Of a stretch of 56,511 nt of DNA, positions 47,601 to 56,511 are shown piece after piece. The DNA comes from Macrostomum lignano (Eukaryota). The notes under the pieces were generated by a model. The model did no database searches and was not told the origin of the DNA. It saw only the letters and a program-made list of their open reading frames with translations. The stretch covers positions 1-56,511 of the forward strand of contig NIVC01001108.1 of the NCBI GenBank assembly GCA_002269645.1, read 5' to 3'. The position numbers were made by a program, and so were the translations under genes. Each line of letters opens with the position of its first letter. Position 1 is the first letter of the stretch.

Positions 47601-50372
47601 CATTGTGAGGAAGGGCTATTAATAATACTGTATAAATGTTGTAAAATTATTTGTGTTGCATACTGTTTCTTGGTAAACCATTTTTTGAGATTCATACTAA
47701 AAACAATTATTTTTGTTTAATTGTTGTGATTTACAAAAATATTCTCACAAATTAGTATTTGTTTTAAATGGTGAGAAATCTTGGTATAAATAGAAGCCCT
47801 AAGTGGGCCAAGAGAAGCAACTCACCACAAGCATCCAATTGCAAGCAAAGTTTAATAACTCCTTACTAAATCTTTAAAAAGCAATTGTTCAAATTGACTT
47901 ATTCATTTTCTAGAGTATTAAGCCCCTTATTAGGAGAATTAGAGAACTGCTAAGGAGCAGGAATCGCCTCAGGGCAATAACCCTATTGAGAATATAGTCA
48001 CCTCAGGGCAGGAGAAGTCACTTAAGGGCAGAGCAAACTACATAAGGCTGTGACCCTCTGATCCTGGAATGCCCAGGACTAAGAGATAGTAGGAATATAC
48101 AATGCCATTAGACTACTCAGGCCAAAGAGTACAGTGAATGTACAACCCCTACCAATAGATAGACGCTACCAAGATAAGAATAAAAGTAGTCATGCTACCC
48201 ATAAATAAAGTACATGCAAGAGTTATATAACATGCAACATTAACTAAGAGAAGATAGAAATTTGATAGCTTTTGGTGGCAGCTTTAGGAAACTAGAAAAT
48301 AGGAGTTAGAATAGTCCTACAACAGCTGGTGACAATAGTGGGGATATTATTATTAAAGAAAGTACCCTACAACATTGTATATAATTATGACTACATCAAA
48401 GATATTCTAGCAGTTCTGTAAGAATTATTTCATTGTTTATTAATCATAACTCATTGGTCACTAGATGACATTATGACATTATGACATTAATATATAGACT
48501 ATATATTCATTTATGTGAAAGTTTTTTAATTGAAAATTGAAAAATTGAAAATTCCTAGAAAAAGTTATAAATAGTTGTTAGACTCATTATTCATTTAACT
48601 CTTTTTCATACATGAGATAAGATACACACTAGCACAGCCACATACACTACATTTCAATGATCTCAGTTGTATTTCATTATAATATACTCAGCAACAGTCA
48701 AAAGTTTCACCCCACTAAGCGAGATGATTTCTTCACTTATTGTGAGTGATGCAACCTACGGCAAGTGCAAAGCTTATTGCCGCTTGGGGGTGGCTTAGGT
48801 CTGCTTAATGGTCCAGGCCTAGACATTAAGCAGACCCAAGCCCAGGAACAATGCCCCGCCACACCAAGCCAATGCTGTTAGTCAACTGAAGGAACAGCTA
48901 CAGCTGCACACTCTGCGCTGGCCTTCCCAGTCCCCAGACATGAATCCCATTGAGCATGTATAGGACTTCCTAAAACGTAGCATTCAAAAAGAGAATCCAC
49001 CATAGAATGTTGCAGAGAGCTCTGCATCATGCCATTGAAAACACTTTGGAGCGGCTTCCCCAGGACTTTCTGCGTTGCCTCATCATTGGGATGCCCCACA
49101 GAGTCATTGCACTTTTGCATGCAAGGGGATCCCACATGCATCGCAATTCTAACTGAATATTGCATAAAAAGTTTATGATTTTACTACGAGTATTGATAGT
49201 CAATCAACTTTCTCTTCCTTGCGGTGCCTTAGTTGCGTAACTTGTGGGTTGAATTGTGAGTGTGAAGTTTTCACAATTTGGAGGGTGGAACTTTTGACTG
49301 TTGCTAAGTATATTTAGCATAAAAAACTCTAATATATATATTTAATAAACATTTTTGCTAAATATATTAATTGTAAGACAATAAGAATATGTTATTATTT
49401 TGCAACAAAATTTAAAAAAGAAATAGCATTTTTTATAGTATTATATTTTGTACTTTATAAAAGTTATAGGCTCTTATACTAATAAGTTTAGATTTAATTC
49501 TGAAATTTCCAGCCTAAAAGTTCCAACATACAATAGATGTGAAAAAGGGTTGTATAAAAATATTGCATATAGAATAATGTTAGAAAATTGCACCATAGAG
49601 CCAGTGCATAGAGTAGCTGTTGCCTGTTGGTATACAAAATAGGCCCTACCAAAATAGGCCTATAGATTATAATTCAAAAAGGGTCCTTTAATATTGCAAT
49701 ACAAAAAGGTCCTTTATTTTTGCTATCTCTTCCAATAATGTCTAGCTTATATACCACAAGTAAATTTGTTTTTTTTGGTGTAAACTTGAAAATATAATGA
49801 AAGAGTCACTTTTATGGTATGCTGTATAACAGATATGAGTATGATACAAGTGTAAATCTAGAAAAAAATTGGGGCAGGAAAGCAAGCTACGAGCATATAC
49901 TAAACACTATAAGTATAACCCAATATTGAAAAATAGACCTTGTAAAGTGGCAGGCCAAAAGAAAATGGTATAATTTTTTGTTTCTCTATTATTTCTCTAT
50001 TAGCGAATTATAATATAATTTAATATAAATAAATTCTAGACTATAGCTTTCAAAGAAATAAATATAATGATGCATATAAGGTTATTTAAAAGCAAAAAAA
50101 CTGTGCCTAGCCCTAAAAATTAACTGTGTGCAGTGTGCAGTGTGCATAGCCATAGTATACAAGACATATAGGCAAAGCTAGGACTAGGTCCCTTTTCCAA
50201 ACATTTAAATATGAAATGTTTCTGCTTTATAATGACACAATGAAACTTCTTCCATACTTACTGTTATAATAATACATCCAATGAACGTTCCCATCCGATT
50301 ATCAAAGCAAAGACAATGTTTAAGAGGTAACATTGGTTCAACGTCAGTTCTTTTTTTAAGCTTCCAACCCAT
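44639..50372 (-). CDS. Four-transmembrane protein of unknown family (LAPTM/DUF7027-like topology), 5 exons, ~226-239 aa
   Basis: Exons 50372 (or 50333)-50262, 46275-46060, 45951-45835, 45277-45221, 44857-44639, all phase 0 with GTAAG donors and pyrimidine-rich acceptors. Spliced product: ..MLPLKHCLCFDNRMGTFIGCIIIT/ITAFVELVTVFLDW..IVTLAHIIIIVIAVYMLVAIL../..FYILLSIYILVELGISCYVYSWYGLAGW/RLPFLVWKNLFYIIRFLCN/VGFCLVIYSYACEI..polyQ..AQA*. Four hydrophobic helices, N-terminal CxCF motif. Confidence 0.85.
44945..45140. repeat. 20/40-bp minisatellite (GACAGTGACA[C/T]ATTAGGGA.), last intron of the 4TM gene
   Basis: Direct. Confidence 0.85.
45415..45685. repeat. 28-bp minisatellite of the same family as 25360-26172, intron 3 of the 4TM gene
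   Basis: Same unit and same sub-variants. Confidence 0.95.
48687..49308 (+). mobile_element. Internally deleted Tc1-family DNA transposon (622 bp) with TIRs and transposase C-terminal remnant
   Basis: TIR CTCAGCAACAGTCAAAAGTT (48687-48706) vs AACTTTTGACTGTTGCTAAG (49289-49308), TATA on both flanks. Plus strand encodes WPSQSPDMNPIEHV*D and LIIGMPHRVIALLHARGSH, classic Tc1 motifs, with stops. Confidence 0.88.
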
Positions 50373-52470
50373 TATTCGGCTTCGGGTATTATTATTCGCA
50401 CAGGTACAGAGTCACACTTTTTATAAATAATTTTAGTTTCTATTTTTTCTATTGCAAGAAATGATAAGCAGGTTACATTACATGGAATATTTATTAAATA
50501 CACTACTAGTGAATCTGATGTGCTAATAGAATAATCGAAACCTTTAAAAATGGCGGAACAAGAATAAGTTAAAAGTGATCTAAAAGCATTATCAATTGCG
50601 CTATAAATGTTCAAAATAGTCACTTCATATTTAAAAAATATTTTCAAAAGCTTTTTGTAGTATAATTGTTTTTTTATAAAAAATACAAAAATATTATCGT
50701 TTTGTTTGTTTAACATAGGTCTTTCTAAGTTTGATACGTAAATTTTACGGATGTTTTTTCGACGGCGCTTAAATTGATGTATAACCACACAGCTATTTTC
50801 TGAATTTTGAACCGATTTTCCAGGATTTTCCCTGGTGGTCAGCTGTAGAATCCACTTGGAACCGGCAGTGAGTTCCAGCTCTGAGCATGAAAACGTACAT
50901 GTACGTATTGTACTTGAGCATTTAACTACACATGTATATTTGTGAGAAGGGAAAACGTAAAATTCTGTTTCCCGGGGGTTTGCTTCTGTGATGAACCCCT
51001 CCCCCTTATAATTTTTTGTGGGTTGGCTGCCTCAGTGCATGGGTAAAATACAGTACCTACATTGCCTGTACAGTGTATGCAGGATTTTCTTTAAAAAATT
51101 ATCCTGAAATACATTTATAGTTCCGCGTTGCATGCATCAGCTCCATCATGTACCATGGTCCATGGAGAAGTTAAAATTTAAACAGTCCTACACACATATT
51201 AGCAAAGTAATTTTAGCAAATCGATTATTTAATTAAATTTGATTTTTTGGTATATTAACAAAGTAATATTTAAATTGTTGCATATAATTAATATATTTTA
51301 TATTGTCTGTTGTCTCGAAAAAAATTCGTCTACAGAGAGAAGCTTCGTTTTTCAGCTGCATTCGTCAAAAAATATCAAATCATTTATAATTTTAATTAAA
51401 TACGCCATGTCCTATAGCAGCTGGCAAAATTATGAAACTCTTAGACGGCTACATGTATTATGCTGCAACTTTGCTAGCCTGAAAGAAGAGGGAGGTTCAC
51501 GTACGAGATGGCCCACAGCATTATTACTGAAGATTTTGTGTGCCTAGCTGTGATTATTGCAGCAAACCAACCCAGCGAATAGAAGCAGGCTAGGAGGAGG
51601 CTACCCTGCAGCCAACCACAAACCCAGCCAACCCCAGCAATTTACTACCTCCCTCACACCCTCCCTCAGACTGTTCAAAGCGGCCCCTCCTCTGGTGGAA
51701 ATCGCCCCCGCCCCTAAAACCACAGACCAGACCAGCACGAAGCTACTAGTGTGGCCCAATTTCCTTCCTTCAAGTCTACAGCCACCAACGGTCCAACTTA
51801 GGCTTGGAAAGCATACAAAATCCCCCCAGCGGAATAAAAAAAACAGCTGATTAAGACAAACCCGCTAAACTTCTTCCCACAAGCATTTTACCCCTATTCA
51901 ATCCGTCTCCCAACTCCCTTAGGGCTCGCCAAAGCGTTATAATAGAATTAAAAACCAGAGAAATGCGGATTTGAAAGCCCAAATCCTCAATTGCATTTGG
52001 CCTTCTTCTCTAAAGACCACTTCACTCTGGTGCAGTCTAACTCTGCGCTCGTAAATTAAAAATCAACGATCGAAGTCTGCCAAAAAGCTTAACGCGCGGG
52101 CAGCGCAGATCTGCACAGAACACCTTGCGCCCGAAGCTTGCAGACAGGTTTGTCTGGTTTTTTCCTGGCGAGACCCGGTAAGAAATCATACCTGGCATCG
52201 TAAAAGCCAAGAGTCAGTAGATATACATTGGATCTGGAATTTTTTGACGCCGCTCAACCAGAACTAGAACGTCTTTGACTTTGTCTTTTTTAAATCTCTA
52301 CCCTCCAGCCTAAACGATTTAAAAGCGAAGCAAAACGCATTCGAGCTGCTAACATAAAAAACTTCAAAATGTCGACGATTCGAACACCTGGCTGACATTT
52401 GGTCCGCACTCTGGGTTTACCTTTCGGTGTCGAACTATAACTATTTCGGACAACTACGGCCAGCACAGAG

Positions 52471-53826
52471 ATGTCTTCAACTGATCGAGTGCGGCTGAAG
52501 AATCTGCCACCAGTGCAGCTTTGCAGCGCCGGGAATCAAGGACATCCTGCGCTGCTGTTCCAGCAACAGCTTCAGCAGCAGCAGCAACAGCAACAACCTG
52601 GCTTTGGAACCCTGCCGGCACGTCGCGGAAACCTCGGTGCCGGATTAGGCGCAGGAGGGGCTGGTCAATCAGTTGCTCGACCGAGACGACCGCTATCGCA
52701 GACGATTGACGACGAGTTCACAACAGCCAGCCAGCAGGAGAAGACAATCGTAACGATGACGACAATGATGATCAGCATCGATCGGCGGCAGCTGCGGATT
52801 ATAACGACGAAGTGGCAGTTCGTGACCGGCTGTTGGCGTTCGCGCCTCCGCCACCTCCGCCTCCGCCACCGCCGCCGCCGCCGCATTCAAGAGGCCGCTC
52901 CTACGGACAGCATCAGATGCAGCCGCCAGCTTCCGCAACTGGTGGCATCTATGGTCACTATGGAAACGGTGAGTTCTCACATTGACGGATAGAAAAAAAT
53001 TATAAATACACTAGCTATATAAGTCGCAATCAATACCGTCTTAGTCATCATCTCTTGCAATCAGTAAGAGCGCAATTAATTGTTATCACAGAAAGCTCCC
53101 ACTGCACCATGGCTTCAGTTTAGCGCCCCGGGGGCAATAAAAACTTCTTTCAGTTGAAATCGTCTCTCAGTGCTTAGGAATGATGACTCGGCGTATATAG
53201 AGAACATTTCCTTCTCTTTTAATAGCTCTGCCCAGGCAGGCAAAGGTAAAAGGGTCCCCGATTGAGATGTGACTCATCGACTATTATAAGTTTTAAGCCG
53301 TGAAAAAAATAATTAATAGCTCTTTGCCTTGTGGATTGACTGCTTTTAGCTACAACACCTCACCAACCAACAACAACAATACCGCATCATTGAGCGCAAA
53401 GTTTTAGCTTTCATTCTACGAATTTTTGTTCCAATAACATCTGTTGCGTCATTACCCATAAGTTTGGCTTACTCATAATTTAGGAGTAGAATCGACCGCA
53501 ATAGCAGCATTGACCTCACACTTCTAATTCTAAATTTATTCCAACCGAAGGCAACGCTGGAGTCAACAGCAACAACTCGACGCGCCAGCAGCAGCCACCG
53601 CCTGCGTTTCTGCCGCCCACAATCGGCATTCCGATTCCGCCACCACCAGCGGAACCGCCACCGGGTACGCCCAGGGACTCCATCGTGCTGGGAGGCGGCG
53701 GCGGCGGCGGCTGTCACTTTGCGGAAACCGGCTTGCTGCAGCAAACCTTGAAGAGCCAACAGCAGCAGCAGCAGCAGCAGCAATACTGCAGCGTAGATTC
53801 CGCTAATACCTTTTATCTGCCAGCAG
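52471..53826 (+). CDS. 5' exons of a Gln/Pro-rich low-complexity protein, unidentified; apparent frameshift at ~52710-52740; gene may continue downstream
   Basis: Exon 52471-52968 (donor G|GTGAGT) and exon 53551-53826 (donor G|GTGAG) join in phase 1 only in the frame encoding PAGEDNRNDDD..PPPPPPPPPPP..GGIYGHYGN/GNAGVNS..PPPAEPPPGTPRDS..QQQQYCSVDSANTFYLPA. The first 80 codons are open in another frame. A candidate exon 3 at ~54424-54527 is unconfirmed. Confidence 0.6.
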
Positions 53827-53879
53827 GTGAGAAGTGCAGAATAGGTTTATGTGTTCTTGATTCCATCTTTCTATGATTC

Positions 53880-54370
53880 TTTAATCTCTTGTCTCATCTC
53901 TCTATTGAGTATCTAATCTCATATCTCATCTCTCATCGATCCTCTAATCTCATGTCCTCTAATATCATGTCTCATTTCTCTATGATTATCGAATCCCATG
54001 TGTTATTTCTCTAAAATTATCTAATCTCATGTCTCATTTCTCATCGATTCTCTAATCTCATGTCCTCTAATCTAATGTCACATCGCTCTATGATTATCTA
54101 ATCTCATGTCTCATTTCTCGATGATTATATAATCTCATGTCTCATCTCTCTACGATTCTCTAATCTCATGTCTCATTTCTCATCGATTCTCTAATCTCAT
54201 GTCCTCTAATCTCATGTCTCATCTCTCTATGGTTCTCTAATCTCATGTCGTCTAATCTCATATCTCATCTCTCTATGATTCTCTAATCGCATGTCTCACT
54301 TCTCCTTGATTCTCTAATGTCATGTCTTATCTCTCTGATTCTCTAATCTCATGTCTCATTCCTCTACTCT
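53880..54370. repeat. Degenerate ~31-bp CT-rich minisatellite (CTCTAATCTCATGTCTCATCTCTCTATGATT)
   Basis: Direct; starts ~55 nt after the donor at 53826. Confidence 0.85.
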
Positions 54371-54873
54371 CCAATCTCACTCTTCCAATCCAACTCTGCG
54401 ATGATACTAGTAGATACCCATCGAGTCCTTCAGCTGAGTCACAGCTGTTCCACTTTGTTGACTCCATCTCGAACAAAGAAATCCTGCAGATCCCCCACAA
54501 ATGGGACAATTGCTTGAATTTCTATAATAGAAAAAAATTTATTCGAACAAAATATATCATTCTCAATCAATGGACTGCTCGACTCGCTTCATACGGATAA
54601 ATATTGAATCAGTTGTGTCTACAGGTAGATAAACTCTACAGAGAATTCTGATTGACTCATCCATGCAAGGGGAGGAGCGGAGGATCAGGGTGGGGATTTG
54701 GAACCCACTTGACCGTCTCCCCAGTTGAAGCTAGGAGATTTGCCTACAGGGATTTGTGGGGACAAAGACCCACTTTAAAATCCCAGGTCCCAGGATAGGA
54801 TAATGATCGGCTCGTGGAATTCCCGCCTCCTATACCCGGATTAAATCGCAATATTTACACATAAAATCCCAAC

Positions 54874-55149
54874 CAGGGGCGGATTAAGGGGGGGGGGGCG
54901 GGGGGGGCGGCCGCCCCCCCCCAAATAGCTTAACCGAACATATCGCGCCCCCAAAAAACCTAAATTTGCACCCCTAAACGTGATTTTTCGCCCCCAAACG
55001 CCTCTATAGCGCCCCTAAGCTTGATTTTTCGCCCCCTACGCGCATTTTTTGCGCCCCCTAGCTTAAAAATTGGCGCCCCTTACACTCGTGTTGGCGCCCC
55101 AAACTTGGACCGCCCCCCCCCCCAAAATGAAACTCTGGATCCGCCACTG
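54874..55149. mobile_element. hAT-type MITE, 276 bp, with perfect 8-bp TSD
   Basis: TIR CAGGGGCGGAT / ATCCGCCACTG (10/11); TSD ATCCCAAC at 54866-54873 and 55150-55157. Confidence 0.9.
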
Positions 55150-55305
55150 ATCCCAACTCCCGATAAGAATGAAGTCGGCTTCGAAAATCCATCGAAAATG
55201 GGGGAAACTGGAGACGTCCGATTTATTCTTTGTTCCAAAAGTGGGGAAAATTATCATCTGTGTACAAAGATAATCGTTAGCTATAAAGACCAGGAAAGAC
55301 CTGGG

Positions 55306-56443
55306 ATCTGGGAGCTGACTGAAGGGGATCTGGGAGCTGACTGAAGGGGATCTGGGAGCTGACTGAAGGGGATCTGAAATCTGACTGAAGAGGATCTGAA
55401 ATCTGACTGGGGGGGATCTGGGAGCTGACTGAAGGGGATCTGGAAGCTGACTGAAGGGGATCTGGAAGCTGACTGAAGGGGATCTGGAAGCTGACTGAAG
55501 AGGATCTGAAATCTGACTGAAGGGGATCTGGGAGCTGACTGAAGGGGATCTGGAAGCTGACTGAAGGGGATCTGGAAGCTGACTGAAGAGGATCTGAAAT
55601 CTGACTGAAGGGGATCTGAAATCTGACTGAAGAGGATCTGGGAGCTGACTGAAGGGGATCTGGGAGCTGACTGAAGGGGAACTGGGAGCTGACTGAAGGG
55701 GAACTGGGAGCTGACTGAAGGGGAACTGGGAGCTGACTGAAGGGGATCTGGGAGCTGACTGAAGGGGATCTGGGAGCTGACTGAAGAGGATCTGAAATCT
55801 GACTGAAGGGGAACTGGGAGCTGACTGAAGGGGATCTGGGAGCTGACTGAAGGGGAACTGGGAGCTGACTGAAGGGGATCTGGGAGCTGACTGAAGGGGA
55901 TCTGGGAGCTGACTGAAGAGGATCTGGAATCTGACTGAAGGGGATCTGGGAGCTGACTGAAGGGGATCTGGAAGCTGACTGAAGAGGATCTGGAAGCTGA
56001 CTGAAGGGGATCTGGAAGCTGACTGAAGGGGATCTGGAAGCTGACTGAAGGGGATCTGGAAGCTGACTGAAGGGGATCTGGAAGCTGACTGAAGGGGATC
56101 TGGGAGCTGACTGAAGAGGATCTGGAAGCTGACTGAAGAGGATCTGAAATCTGACTGAAGGGGATCTGGAGCTGACTGAAGAGGATCTGAAGCTGACTGA
56201 AGGGGATCTGGAAGCTGACTGAAGGGGATCTGGAAGCTGACTGAAGAGGATCTGAAATCTGACTGAAGGGGATCTGGGAGCTGACTGAAGGGGATCTGGA
56301 AGCTGACTGAAGGGGATCTGGAAGCTGACTGAAGGGGATCTGGAAGCTGACTGAAGGGGATCTGACTGAAGGGGATCTGGAAGGGGATCTGCTGACTGAA
56401 GGGGATCTGGAAGCTGACTGAAGGGGATCTGGGAGCTGACTGA
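55306..56443. repeat. 23-bp satellite (GATCTGG[G/A]AGCTGACTGAAGGGG), ~49 copies
   Basis: Direct. Confidence 0.97.
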
Positions 56444-56511
56444 AACGAAGAGTGACAAATATCTTCACCGTCTTGAAGAGGCTAAGGGTCCGTATAATTC
56501 AGTTTTATTGC

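Noticed and set aside
47800-48420. Possible decayed transposase or coding remnant
   Set aside because: Many stops and no diagnostic motif recognised.
50372-50788. 138-aa ORF with VVYLINIPC, faintly like a GIY-YIG endonuclease
   Set aside because: No YIG or other catalytic residues; AT-rich sequence directly upstream of the 4TM start, likely UTR or promoter.
52471-53826. Teneurin intracellular-domain identity for the last gene
   Set aside because: Only generic polyPro/polyGln similarity; no TM, EGF or other diagnostic exon in the window.
55277-56468. 393- and 395-aa SQLPDPLQ ORFs
   Set aside because: Translations of the 23-bp satellite.

Overview
Eukaryotic, intron-rich animal genomic DNA. 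The composition (Q/A-rich exons, introns filled with minisatellites, RTE LINE remnant) suggests the flatworm Macrostomum; this is inference, not proven. Seven protein-coding loci were reconstructed by hand from ORFs plus GT-AG sites and phase matching: (1) intronless secreted C-type lectin+PAN protein (+); (2) 4-exon BTB/POZ-NPH3 (plant NRL-like) protein (-); (3) intronless secreted Argos/giant-lens-like Cys-rich protein (+); (4) 4-exon Haspin kinase (-); (5) 9-exon, ~12-finger C2H2/C2HC zinc-finger gene (-) with a 29-nt first coding exon, an 8.2-kb first intron and one frameshift; (6) 5-exon four-TM protein (-) missed by the ORF track; (7) the 5' exons of a Q/P-rich gene (+) with a frameshift. 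About one third of the window is tandem repeat, and 15 of 20 introns carry an array, nearly all with different units. Mobile DNA: RTE LINE fragment, internally deleted Tc1 element, TA-flanked Tc1/mariner-type element with a nested foldback, and a hAT MITE with a perfect 8-bp TSD. Most long ORFs in the supplied track are read-throughs of tandem repeats and are not genes. Top leads: a spliced NPH3-family gene in an animal genome, an Argos-like EGF-ligand trap, the one-array-per-intron architecture with evidence of array seeding and transfer, AP-1-site satellites, and inverted satellite arms behind the Argos-like stop codon.
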